DNA of 64,000 bases from a virus: positions 7,823 to 71,822 of IMG/VR virus record IMGVR_UViG_3300045125_000101. One strand, 5' to 3'. The notes beneath the pieces were generated by a model. It ran no database searches. It saw only the letters and a list, made by a program, of their open reading frames with translations, and was not told where the DNA came from. Shown here in pieces: positions 50,662 to 63,552 of the stretch. How positions within the stretch are numbered: position 1 is the first letter of the stretch; each line of letters begins with the position of its first letter. Position numbers and translations under genes: made by a program.

Positions 50662-51480
50662 TTAAGTATTTTCATCATCATACCATCCACTGCCGCTCAA
50701 AGTATTATATTACCGAGGGAATATCCTTCAAAATCGTCACTGCCCGTTTGATAAAATGAAGATGTTATATAATCCAAATCCTGCCCAGTTTGACCCAGAG
50801 TTAAGAATGGATACGTGTTACCAAGAGAATATGATTCAAAATCGTCAAATGAAGATGATGGCAATTCTACGGGAGTAGATGAGGGGGTGGGGGTTAGTGG
50901 GGGTGTTGGAGTAGTTGTACTGGTAACTGTTGGCGTTACGGTCGCAGTTGCCGTTGGGGTCGGAGATGGCGTGGCACTTATCGATGGAGTAATAGATGGC
51001 GTTACCGTTGGCGTCGGGGTCGCTGTTGAAGTTATGGTTGGTGTTATGGTCGCAGTTACTGTCGGGGTCGGAGATGGTGTTGTGCTTATCGACGGAGTAA
51101 TAGATGGTGTTATACTGGGGCTAAGGTGACGGTGTTGGAGTCGGAGAACGACCTATCAATTCCTCCGTTTTCAACGACTTGTATGCCAAAAACTTCCAAC
51201 CAGTTCCATTATTTCCAGTGCCCTGTTTTATCCATAGTTCATATGGTTGTGAAAATACTATTTCGTCATTTTTTATAGTAGGAAACCATACTTCGTTTTG
51301 ATATGCTAAAGTAAAGCTGCGTTTTCTAACGTCTATACGTTGATGTACACCATCTTTTATCAAATAAAATCTGTCATTGCCTTCACGATAAAAATATGCC
51401 AGAAAAGCAGAAATGACTTTTTCTGGATTAGCAAGCATCCAACTCAACTTTGTCGTGTCAAAGGCAGAAATCTCATACAT
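50662..51480 (-). CDS. Pro/Thr-rich linker protein (frameshifted)
   Basis: (TPSITPSIS.TPSPTPT.TAT)x2 linker; twin DDFE.YS.G repeats at the C-terminus. Confidence 0.7.
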
Positions 51481-53064
51481 ATAACAAATATTAGAGCACT
51501 TGACCTTTTGAGTTATTATATTATTGTCGGTGGTACGGTGGTGCCAAGTTTTCTATCTCTTTGATGACTTCATTCAATACTTTGCGAGCGGCTGTTGACG
51601 ATAGTATCATATTTCTTCATTTTCTTCACTTTGACGCCAAGCATCTTATCAAACTTTTCTTGCTTGTTTATATACCTGAAATATCTTGTCTTTTTCAACA
51701 TTATAATCAGATATTTCATTTTCTACCTTTTTCTTCCATTCATTCAGCAAATATATCTTTTGCTCTTGCGTACATTTTCACGATCATAAAGAGGTTGCTG
51801 TTCTGTATAACATTGTGCCTCTAAAGTTATTGGTTGTTTTCTTGATTTGACTGTTTTGTACCTGTATCTTGATGTCGTTTAGTTCTTCTTCAGATAGCGT
51901 TCTATTGTTTCCAGATGCAGCAGACTCTTCTGCTTCAGATATTTTGAATGTTTTCTTGCAAACTAAATGGATTATTGGGACATATAAAAGTAGCAGTTAT
52001 AGCACAATAGTTCCAAGTTTTCAAATAGTTTGTTTTTGCGATTGCCATCTATATAGTTCAGCAATAATGGCATTGCACTATCAGATATTCTTGCGTAACA
52101 AAAACTGCACTTATTGCATTTTTCTTGTATGCGATTTGAGCGAACCAGTCTTACTTTGAGCTCATTTGTGCTATAGTTTGGAAACTTGTTTTCTAATATA
52201 CCATTCAGTGGATATTTGCCACTATCTTCATTCTTGATTGGCTTGCTTAATGCCTTTTGTTCGCCATATTGGCAACTCTGCCATATAAGTTATACATCTT
52301 GGCATATTTTCTATATGTCATAAACGAAACGCCCAACTTGCGAGCGCATTCGGCTTCGTCTTTGATATACTTTGAGCCGCCAGAACTTCGCTTTCTAACA
52401 GCATTCTTTTGGTCGTCCTTTTAGTAGCATAAGTTATATAACCTTTTTATTGTTTGTTTTTGATACTATAGTGTCTGTTGGATTTAGCACCGCAACAAAG
52501 TCGCCAAGTTCCTGCTTTAGCAATGAAACTTTCTTTCTTTGTCCATACAAAACATATAGTTGTCTTGTCTGTGATAATAACATTCTTTGAATACTTTTGT
52601 GCCTATGCCCTTTTACGTTTACGTATATAGCGTTTGATTATAATCATTCGGCGAAAGATGCTTTCCCAATCTTCTGTAGTTGTAACGCTTGTTTTCTTGT
52701 CATTTTTACTGCTCTGAACACTGCGCATCTATGGCCAGATCCTGACCCGTCTGTGCTTTGAAGTTCTTTCTCTAAATCTTCCGCCAGTTCATATTGTGCG
52801 GCGTTATTTGAACAAACATATGCGTTGACTAGCTTTTCTCCCTTTACTTTACCTTTCTTCACAATCAGCAACGCGCCAATATTAAAGTCACTCCGTCTTT
52901 TTCATTTCTTGTCTCAATGGCTCTGTGTGCCTAGCCCAAGTAATTGAGCATTTTCAGTATCAAATGCGTCCGTGTCCAAGCTTACATTCTGGCTCCAGTC
53001 TCGGACCTTCGACGCAATAAGACACCTGTTTTTGTTTTTGAACTCATGTTATTCATATAAATAT

Positions 53065-54730
53065 TAGTTAAAGTCAGTCTCTCATTGATACATCTCACAT
53101 TTATTGTATCAAGGGCTTGTAGTTTCAGTTTTATTTTCTTCGCACACTTCTTCTTCGACCGTGTTGGCGACAAATACTATTTTGGTAAGGTTCTTGTTTA
53201 CCACCTTCGCGCCATACTCTATCAAGCGCCTGTCGCAAATCGACCGCAGATGGCGTTGGAGATAATAACGCTATGCGGGATAGTTTCCAGTCAAAGTCGT
53301 GTAAGAAAGTCCGGCACCACCGGCCTTGACGTTGATTATAATAATCCTCTTCTTGTCCGCTTGAAATGCTGCGATATTATTATCTCTTTCTTCGCCCTTG
53401 TTTTCTCCCCAACAACACAATTGGTATCAAGTCTTTGATAATGTCGCACAGTTTCACTGAAGTTTACAAACACAGTAACGCTCATACCGTTTTCAATGGC
53501 ATCCTCAGCCATCTTCCAACGAATAACGGAACTTTGATAAGTTCCGCCTGCTGTCTGGCGTCGTAACATAGGATTAGTCATTGCATTTAGTTTGTACTCT
53601 CTTGGTATTCTTACACACTGCCTTGAGGTATGCCAGCTCTTTATCCATCTCCTCGTATATCTTCTTTAGTTCCTTTCAGACTGCTCGTCTATGTTGTATG
53701 CTTCTAGCCAGCAACATCGCAGTCAGGAAAGCCTTTGATGTCTTCACGGCTGTATTCTAACACCTCGCTCCAAAAACAAATCGGCGTGCAGTTTTCGCAG
53801 ACATGTCCTTGTTGCGCTCAAACTCCCAACCAAATCTGTCCTTGTTTCGCGACCCGTGCTCACGCAAAAATGCCGTCCATTTGCCACTCTTGCATATTTT
53901 CTCCTCCCCGTGATAAGTCCTACAGTTTTTAGCTCCTATGGGATTTATGGCGTTGGTGGCACAGACAGCATAGTATCTTATATCCCTGCTTCTGGCAAAG
54001 CTATGATGGCGATTTCAGAGTTGATAGTGCCGTGTCCTTTAGTCTGTGGCTTTCTATCAAATATGATTAGGAGTGTATCTTTTTTGGCACGTTCCATTGG
54101 AAAGTATTCCACGGCTGTTGGTTTTGGCTGATCGGTGTCCAATGACACCAATCTTCTTTATACTTGCCAGTTTTTACAGACTCATAGTTGAGTATAAACT
54201 CTGCTTACCATTCCATAATGTTTGGTATGACTTTTTGCCACGATGATATAACCGCCTTTGGACATACCACCAGCAATCTTTCATACCAAGTTCTCTTGCC
54301 ACACCAACCGCAGCATATGTCTTACCTGCACCAGTATCACTGCCATCAGTGCTGCTCCGTGTGCCATTGATGTTGCACACACACTTGCTAATGAGGAACT
54401 CTGAAACTCTCTTAGCCCTGCTGTTTGCTTGACTTGATAATCTTCTGATTGCTCTTTGTAGGGAATGATCAATCTTTTTAGCAGGATTATCTTGCCCAAA
54501 ATCTTGCCTAAAATCAGATTTATGTTTGCCATTCATATAATGCCCATTGGACCAAGTTTATTTTTACCTATGCTATATCCTTGTGCCTTCAACTTTAGTT
54601 TGCTATTGTTCCAAAATACAAAAAATCCTTCAAGATAATCTTGAGGTATGACCCACCAGCGAACCCATTTGAACCAAACTTGGTATATGTCTTAGTGGGC
54701 TCTGACCAGTTTATGAATAGTTTTTTATCA
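53065..54730 (-). CDS. second SF2 DEXH helicase (heavily frameshifted)
   Basis: SDTGAGKTYAA...VVCPKAVI; QALGRV; paralog of 12613..14004. Confidence 0.8.
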
Positions 54731-55310
54731 GTTCCTATGAACGTCTTTGCTGCGAACAAATCTTTCCGCTTCAAAGATATTACACTTTACAGGAGTAGAG
54801 TCTTTGCTGATAACGCCACGTTGAAATATTGTTCCATCATTTCCATAAAATGCTCTACCAGTTGGTTCATCTGCGGAATGCCCCACGCTTTCTGCTCTGT
54901 TCATATATTCTGGCCTGCTCAACTTGAACTGACGTTCACACATGTTGTTCCATATACTTGATGGTATTTGGAATGCTTTCAAACAGCATTACGGGATTTT
55001 TTTCCGTTCTGGCATTGTACTATCTACGATATAATATTTTGCCATATAACCTTTATTGATTGTTTTTAACCTAACTTCAAATCGCCAGTAATCTTAATAA
55101 GATGACTAACGTCGTTCTTTAGCCAAATGTCGCCATTAGCATCAACGTCGATGAGATTTAAATCCACTGCCTGTTGAACAGTGATTGGATTCGCCTTGTA
55201 TACGATTTGTCCGGTATACATAATGTTTATATATTGTTGTATATATATAAGTAACCTTGATGCCATTATGATACTGCATAATGTCTTGTCAACATATATT
55301 TATATACAAG

Positions 55311-55709
55311 ATGAAGCTAAAGAAACTATTAGAACAACAAGGCGTTGATATAGAAAATAAAGTGGCGGCATTTGAACGCACCCTACAATCATTATATCCA
55401 GAGTTGGATAAAGTAGGTATGTATTATGACCGTAGTAATGGCAGCTTTGTTTTCTTAGTGATTTATATGTAAAAGAGAACATAGAGGAACTGGAGTAGGC
55501 ACAAAAGTAATGAATAGCATTACAAAGTTGTCACTGACACAAGTTGCCTATTGTGCTAATACCAGAACCAGATGACGAAGATGTTTCGCCAAAGAAGTTG
55601 ATGGATTTTTATAAGAAGTTCGGATTTATAATAAACAAAGGCAAGCGTATGGATTATACATTTAGATATGCCATTTGCACTAACAATGTATAGAACGCCA
55701 AGAAGTTGA
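55311..55709 (+). CDS. GNAT-fold acetyltransferase-like protein (frameshifted)
   Basis: RGTGVGTKVM acetyl-CoA loop; L..FYKKFGF. Confidence 0.65.
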
Positions 55710-55982
55710 TTACTTCTTTGTATTCAATCTACCATACTCGGCCAGTTTGCTGTTTATGTACTTCTCGATAGTCTTGTCTGCTACTTCAACAACTTCTCCA
55801 CTCTTGTTGGTCTTATATTTTGTATTCCATTCTTGCAGGCTCTTTTTGACGTGATTATATGTTTCGCCAGAAGTTTCTTTTATATCCTGTATAGCATTCA
55901 CCATATTATCATTACTTGTTTCAGCAATGTTATGTCTATATAACACATATCCAATAGCACGCAGCGGCACCAACCAATCCAA
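55710..55982 (-). CDS. hypothetical protein
   Basis: ORF track. Confidence 0.45.
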   Translation of the reverse strand: MDWLVPLRAIGYVLYRHNIAETSNDNMVNAIQDIKETSGETYNHVKKSLQEWNTKYKTNKSGEVVEVADKTIEKYINSKLAEYGRLNTKK

Positions 55983-56835
55983 CGGTCAATACCATCCAAG
56001 GTTGAATATACATTATTGCTATGGCTGCAAACGCCAATACAAATGATATAACTGCCAATCCACTTTTACCAACGGAGAATATACTGCACCGGCCATTGCT
56101 ATTGCTGCGTCCTATACCACACCATTATCATAATCTCACGTTTGGTCTTTTCAAGTTTTTCCGCACTTTCTGGTCTTTCTTTTTCGGCAGCTAATGCTGT
56201 TTGCAGATGTGTCAATGCGTCAGTGTTGGCTTGATCTAGTTTTTCTGTGCTATTGTTATTTCCTGTCTTGCACGCAGTTTCTCCTTGATGATCTTCTTCT
56301 TCTTGTTGCAATTTCATTTACTTTCTTTGGCCTCTTCTGTGTCTTTTACCAGTACTCCTCTTTCTGCCAGCAATTTCATTGTTTTCTTCTTGTAGTCGTT
56401 TAGATTTCATCCTTGTTTTGCAGTTCGAATGCATCAATATACTTCTTTCAACTTTTTGGGACCGTTCAATACTGTCATCCATTGTCGGCGGCTTGCCAAG
56501 TGCGGCCAGACCAAGTCCAGTTTGATTTTTTGAATATTCAAATGCTCCTGCTTTTGGAAAAAATGCGTATGCTTGATTGATAGAATACAACGAGTTTGCT
56601 GCACTCTGCATTTGATTATTTTGAGAAGTTATAACAGCATCTTTGGCTTTAGATATACGTTCTTCTAGCGATCAATCAAATCCTTGTCAAACTTTGCTTT
56701 TGCTTCATTTAGTTGTGCTTCTGCTTGTGCTTTTTGACATATTTATCTTCCAAATCTTTTTGTGTCATTGCCACATAAGACTGACAACCTGACAGCATCA
56801 CTAATATCGCAACCAATATAACATTTGCTTTCATA

Positions 56836-57021
56836 TTATTCTATAGTCAAGTCGCCTTGGAACTTTACGCCCAATACTTTTTCTACAAGTTTTAGCGCAG
56901 CATTTTGATTACCAGCACTTACAAGCTCATCAAACTGCTGCTTTTCAGCATCACTCGCCCGTTCAAAAAACTTGAATACTTCCATTATGCCAGCATTGTT
57001 GGCATATATAGCTTCTTTCAT
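56836..57021 (-). CDS. phage hypothetical protein
   Basis: EA.Y.NN.GIMEVFKF...LVEKVLGVK. Confidence 0.6.
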   Translation of the reverse strand: MKEAIYANNAGIMEVFKFFERASDAEKQQFDELVSAGNQNAALKLVEKVLGVKFQGDLTIE

Positions 57022-57029
57022 CTGCTGGT

Positions 57030-58023
57030 GTTTCTTTTATTACCGTGTACATCAGTATCAAATGCCTTTATTGTCCAGCGACCAGACATATCGCTAGTAA
57101 TACCGGCACGAGGTTCTTTTATCTTTGAACCTCCTTCGTTTATTGCTTCTTGTATAAGAACGCAATAATGGTCGATTGGGTCATAGTTTACCATTTTTCT
57201 TGTATGCCCGCTTGTATTTGGCTGGCGAAGTGATTGATTGGGTCTGCCATATTAGTAACCTGCGGAGTTTTACCATATGACACGGTATTCTTGTTGTTGA
57301 TTACTCTTGTTCTGGTGCAGCCATGCGTTGATGACAATGGCTTGGAACGCTAGCACCAAGGTCGGAACTCTTTAGCGGAGTCGTTGACCATCCAACTAGA
57401 TCGACTGGTGCAGCCAGTGTTAGCTACAGCAACCGTAGGAGCACCCATATCGCCGTAGCATTCTTCAAGACCAGCAGCCTTGAGTTTGCTATAATACTTT
57501 GGGTCTTCTGTAGATGGTCCATGGCAATCTTTTTTGCTAGTGCTTCATCTTGAGTATGTTCTTTTTCAACTGACATACCCATTTCTAGTTCTTTAGGGTC
57601 ATACGTTTTCCATAAGTTTTCCTTGTTTGTCTGATTTAAAATACATATCCAAGTCGCTATAATACTTTGGGATTGGTTTCTAAGTTTTTGATTACCATTG
57701 GACGAGCAACATCCTTTGCTTGGATATTCCATATGCTTCATCTCCCAACGCAATCCTGCCATAATCTCATCTGGGTCAAATCTGCATCTTTCAAATCATC
57801 TTTTGTAATAGTATCATATAATGAACTACCTATTACGGTATTGCCCTGCATATATATGTATATATCTGCGGCTGGCTGGATAATCATTTAAGACGGCGTG
57901 ATGTTTGGATTGCTTGAAAATGTACCAGCCCAGTTGGTTGGAGCAACACGCACCACCTGCCATTGCTCCGCCGCCATATCCCGCCGATTGTCCTACAAAA
58001 TATTCTTTGATGGATTCATTCAC
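57030..58023 (-). CDS. protein with two DUF5661-like units (frameshifted)
   Basis: ELEMGMSVEKEH...AKKIAMDHL.EDP.YYSKL and EIMAGLRWEMKH...NPKYYSDL. Confidence 0.6.
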
Positions 58024-59034
58024 AAAACTTGTCTATTTTTGGGTTATTCATCCTAGTAAAACTTTCTTGGTTGGCTGTTGCTTGTTCTTTATAACCCATT
58101 TTTCCTTTGAGCATATTCAATGCTGCTCTTGGGTCTCATTTCCACAAAGTTTGACGCCAAGTATGCCGTGTTCATTACAGAACTTTCTTCTGAAGCGCCT
58201 TGTACATCATTCAGGATCATAATCCGATAATGGCTGGCTCTTCTGATGAGCGATTTCTTCAGCAGATTGTGTGATGTCATGATAATGATACTTCATCCTT
58301 TGCCTTGCCAGTTGGGCGAAGCATTGATGTATTTAGCATTGGCCAACATTCAAATTACATATATATGGTCTTATATAAATATAAGCCAAAACACTATTTG
58401 CGTGTTTTTATATCAAAACAGTACGTCTAATAATACAATAACCAGCAGTATCAAAAACATAAACGCCGCAACATTTTGGATTGCGTGTTTTAGTTTTTTT
58501 ATCATTTATAGCCGCCAAGCCCCAACTTCTGTTTTTCTGGTGTAAGTATATTTTTTATAAAATGTTTGGTGATTCTACCAGACATCATATTTGCCTCATC
58601 CTCAATATCCGCCATCTCCTGATATGGTTCATTTAGTTCGCCATTTATATCCTGCTTCATATGCGTTAGTTCGTGAGCTATAGTTCTGCAAAAATCTACA
58701 AGATGTCTGCCGCCAGCAATACTTAGTTACTGTCTTGTCTGTTGGACTATATGCTCCTGTAGTAATAGGTTCATTTGGATTTGCTCCAAGTAATCTAATA
58801 GTAATAGGTGTATTGCCCAAGCCAAGTTGCTCAACAGCATACTTTACATACTTGGCAATAAGAACCTGATTGTCTTTGTCTATTGCCGGACATCCTTTAC
58901 TAATACTAATTTGGCGTTCATATATACAATATAAGTATAATAAAGGTACATACAGATTATATACATATTGACACTTTTTTAGGTGCCCCTAAAATAGGTG
59001 ACCTAAATCAAATTATGCAAAAAACACAATATCT

Positions 59035-60060
59035 ATCATATCAGGACGTTTTTCTAAAGCCCCAACATTCAAAATATCATTCTCGCTCAGAAGCAGATGT
59101 ATCTGTTGAGTTTGGTCCAAAAAAGTTCAAGCTGCCAGTTACGCTCTAGCTAATATGAAATGCACCATTGATGCCAAGATGGCAAAATGATAGAGTGAAA
59201 ATGATTACTTTTATGTGATGCATCGCTTCAACGCAAGCCACAACGACACTCCTAATACTGGATAATATCAACTTTATTGAGAAGGCTAACGAGGAAAACT
59301 GGAAGAATATCAGCATCAGCCTTTGGCGTTAAGGCAAGAAGATGGTGGACCTTGTTGAATATTGCATCAAGAAGAATCTTCGCATTGATTATATCACCAT
59401 CGATATTGCTCACGCACATAGCATACGTGAATGAGAGAAATGCTAGCGTATATCATACGAATGTATCGTAGTGATATTTGTGCCCTTGAAAAGCTGTTTA
59501 TTATCGCGGGCAATGTTGCCACTCCTGCTGCTGTTGTTGATTTGGAAAACTGGGGAGCAGACAGCGTCAAGGTCGGCATTGCGGCGGGAAAAGCGTGTCG
59601 GACTTTTAACGAAACCGGCTTTGGGATTCCTATGTTTTCTGCCATAATGGAATGTGCTACATCTGCAAGAAAACCTATTATAGCGGATGGCGGGATTTCT
59701 GAGTGTGGTGATTTTGCCAAGGCCATTCGAGCCGGTGCAACCATAGTTATGGCGGGTGGAATGTTTGTGTGTAGTTCTGACTCACCCGCGGAGACAGTAT
59801 ATAAATATTTTAATACGGGCGAAGTCAAGGATGATTTAGTCACTCCTATAATAAAAAAGAAGGTATATAAAAAATATTTTGGGTCGGCGTCTCAGTTTAA
59901 CAAAAATAGCGATAAACACGTAGAAGGAACGTTGATTGAAATGGAATGCGACGGAGTGAGTTACGAAAAATAAACTGCGTTATATACAAGGACACTTGCA
60001 GAGTTCCGTTTCTTATGCCGGTGGAGACCTACGCACTGCCAGTTGGGGAGTGAAAAATAA
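59035..60060 (+). CDS. guaC: GMP reductase, GuaC type (frameshifted)
   Basis: Y.DVFL.P, NMKC, MHRF, IDIAHAH, AGNV.TP, KVGI..G.AC.T...TGFG, IIADGGI, YFGSAS, HVEG. Confidence 0.9.
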
Positions 60061-60106
60061 TAAAAAACTTTAATGTTTTCTATGCGACTCCTATATTTAT
60101 AGGAAT

Positions 60107-61135
60107 ATGGGAGTTTCATATGAAAAATATAATAATTATAAATAATAAGATTTTTGCTTGAGTATTGTCGAGGAAAATCTAAAAATGCACCATCGTATAT
60201 ATTTATTGGACGACGGTGAAAAAAATAATTAAAGCCGATATTGCACAATGCGATATAAAAATAAAATGCAATGGAGACGGAAGTTTATATCCAATAAAAT
60301 CAATCACTTCTGCACATTTGAATAAAGAGTATTTTGGATTCAAATGGAGAGGAATTCTACAAAAATCCCTTTAAAGGAAAATCTCACAAAAAATCTTTTA
60401 AAGAAAATCTTAGTTTACAAAGAAAAGGTATATGGGGAATTGGAGAAAAAACCCAAACTTTGGAAAATCAAACTATCAACGTTGGTTAGAAAAATATGGA
60501 AAAAGAAAAAGCCGATGAACTAGAAGCCCAACGAGCATCAAAAATGTCTATCGCAATGTCCGGTAAAAATAATCCATTTTTTGGAAAGACCCACAACGTT
60601 GACACGCAAAACATAATCACGAAAAAAATAAAAAACTGGAGAAATACCCTGTCGGAAGAATATTTGAAATCTCAATCAGAAAAAATATCAAAGTCGCAGA
60701 AAAAATTACAACAAAGTAATCCCGAAGAATATAAAAAAACAAGGCTAGAGGTGGTAAAGCATCAATGTTGGCACAAATGAAAACTTGAAACCCAACAAAA
60801 TAGAGTCTATTGTACAAACCGAACTAAACAAACGAGGACTATCATTCAAATTCGGAATTATATTAGGAAATAAGCAGTTTGATTTTGGAAATAAAAAACA
60901 TAAAATATTAATAGAAGTTCAAGGGGATTATTGGCACGCAAATCCAAAATTATTTGGAAATGGAGAAAATAAACGTCCAATAAATGAAATACAATCCATA
61001 AAAATAGAAAAAGACAAAGAAAAAGTTATTTTCTGTAAAAAGCACGGGTTTATTCTATACGAGATTTGGGAATCTGATATTCTGAACGGAAATTTTGCTG
61101 TGTTAGACGAAATACAGAGTAGCATCAAACACTAA
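60107..61135 (+). mobile_element. NUMOD3 + EDxHD/Vsr-like homing endonuclease (frameshifted)
   Basis: GKNNPFFGKTH repeats; IEVQGDYWHANP...EIWE.D. Confidence 0.85.
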
Positions 61136-61193
61136 AGCAACTTACGAAGAAAATCCAAGTGATTTGTTCCTTCGTACTTACTCAAATAATAAC

Positions 61194-61220
61194 AAAACGC
61201 CGCTATTACAGCGGCGTTTT
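61194..61220. terminator. bidirectional terminator between convergent genes
   Basis: AAAACGCCGCT-attac-AGCGGCGTTTT. Confidence 0.8.
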
Positions 61221-61509
61221 CTTTTTCAGTACTTCAGATAGTTCCAGATATTTTCCATCGCGGAACAATTCTAAATAATCTATACACTTGTCATCAACGC
61301 TCATCGTCTTCTACATAGAGCGTCTTTTTGCTTGGGTTTATTCTTACCTTTTTTCTTGGGACGAAATTTTTCAAACTTTTCAGTTTCAATCTCGTCTAAT
61401 TCTTCTATATCAACGTTTGAGTAATCTTCTTTGTATCTATAATTATTTTTGCTCATATTAGTGTGCAATAAACTTTACAAGTATAAATATATAGAAAAAA
61501 ACAAAAACG

Positions 61510-61896
61510 TTATGCCTTTGATAATGTTATTTTAGAAGCGGGATACATGTTTCCATTTCTATCAATGACACATAATCCTTTTGTACCGTTTTCTGTATAT
61601 TCGCGCACCTCTCCAACAAACTGGCTTAGGTGAATTTTTACAAATTCAATCTTCAATACGGGGCTAATATCATTTTCACCATAAAACTTGTCAATTGTAG
61701 TTGGCTGCTTCAGCGTAAACTTTAGTGAAGAACTATCCACATTATCTACTTTGGTGGCAGATTTTACAAGCAATGTCTTTGATGTTGGATGAACGGTACC
61801 AGAGTCATCAACGACGCATATTCCTTTCATACCACTTTCTTCAAACTCATATACTTCACCGTGAAAGTTTCCCATATAAACTTCAACTGGTTCCAT
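61510..61896 (-). CDS. hypothetical protein with an internal duplication
   Basis: GEVYE..E.G.KG.CVVD..G..P.SK motif occurs twice. Confidence 0.7.
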   Translation of the reverse strand: MEPVEVYMGNFHGEVYEFEESGMKGICVVDDSGTVHPTSKTLLVKSATKVDNVDSSSLKFTLKQPTTIDKFYGENDISPVLKIEFVKIHLSQFVGEVREYTENGTKGLCVIDRNGNMYPASKITLSKA

Positions 61897-61969
61897 TTTT
61901 ACATTTCCAACATTATTGTCGGCAAAAACTTTTTGACGGTAGTTGCTTTTCTTAGTGTAAATCTTTGGT

Positions 61970-62423
61970 GTGCGGGATTGATTGCTTCAGTCACTTTTTT
62001 ATCGGTAGAACCAAATCCACCTTCTCCTCGTTGCTGTATTATCCAATCCATTACTTTCAACAAAATCTACAGTATTATAAAACTCAAATATAATCTGAGC
62101 AATCTTATCGCCAATAATAACATTATAATCTTCTTGACCAAGATTAATAAGAATAACTCCTATCTCTCCACGATAATCTTCGTCAATGACACCGGCCATA
62201 ACATCTATGCCTTTTTTGTAGGCCAATCCACTGCGTGGAGCAATTCTGCCATACATTCCAGAAGGAATAGAACATGAGATAGTCCAGTTTTGAACAACTT
62301 TCTTTCACCTGGCTTCAGTACATGAAACTCTGTGGTATACAGGTCATATCCTGCCGCACCTGTGCTACCGCGTGTTGGTACAACGGCTTTATTGTCTAAT
62401 TTTGTAATAGATACTTTTTTCAT
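61970..62423 (-). CDS. dut: trimeric dUTPase (frameshifted)
   Basis: [32 protein letters not shown]. Confidence 0.93.
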
Positions 62424-62777
62424 AAGATTTTAATATACACTAACTACCAAATCTGTGTGTGTCAACCCGTAATCACCTTTCCATCCTTCTTCACTCAATC
62501 CAAATATTATATGCTCTTCATGTGCCCTCTACACGATACACAATCATATTCGGATGTTCTTCTGAAGTTACTTTCTTGTATTTAACAAACTTAGCTATGT
62601 CTGGTTCCAATAAAATTCATCAAACATCTTGGTTATTTGTTCTAGCGGAGTTTTTCGCACAATAACCACTCCACGACCATTGCCGCCCATGCCGCGCACA
62701 TAATCAATAACAAATATAAATAAGTTTCTAGGATTCATAGTTAAATTTATCAAACATATACTTTTCAGTCTTATATA

Positions 62778-63335
62778 TTATTTCTTTAGACTTATCAGAT
62801 ATAACACGATTATATTCTTGTTGGTTTTTACTTTTACCATTCTTATATCTGTGTCTATGATAGACAGCAAATGTTGAAATCTTTTTTCTGTGAATTCTTC
62901 TTCCGCATTTATCAATGCCGTATGCAAATCATCAAAAAGATTTTCTGTTTTTCCAATAAAATTCATCTTTATATTTGAGCTATATATCGGGTCGTCTCCT
63001 ATATATCGTGCTACAAGTTTAGAATAATGCCCCATCCAAAACGGACCATAATCTTGTATCCAAGTATCAAAGTCTGGGCATTCTCTTTCCATAAAACTAA
63101 ATCTATCTTTTTGCTCCATTGCCAAAAAGATGGCCACCAAGTGTATGGGTGCCTTACAAAGCAAAAATTATATGTATTTTCACTTTCAGTCATTTGATGT
63201 AGAAACAAATGTCCATTTTGTGGAGATTTATACCGGCTTTTACTAATTTTAAACGATGAAGTATGGCTTGAACCATAGAACCTCCACATTTTGGAATATG
63301 AATAAAACTGGATTTATTTAGAAGAATATTGCTCA
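62778..63335 (-). CDS. sulfotransferase family 2-like protein (frameshifted)
   Basis: FIHIPKCGGS (5'-PSB loop), FVRHP, FIGKTENL..D. Confidence 0.7.
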
Positions 63336-63552
63336 TAATGTAATAAGAGACGGTGTAACGTCTCGCAATTCTCCATTCGTCTTCAATCTAAAAATACCAA
63401 GCATCATTTCTGTATTTGGTTCATATCCATCGGTTATGATATTACCAAGATTTTGTATAATGTTCATATTTTCCATAGGATTATTAGCAAAAAAGTCCTT
63501 TTGCGAGAAATACAACAGCATATTATTATTGTTTTGTTCTATATAGCTGTGG

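Noticed and set aside
59035-61135. Split intein in guaC analogous to the ligase
   Set aside because: The guaC motifs are contiguous, no intein blocks were found, and the endonuclease lies entirely downstream
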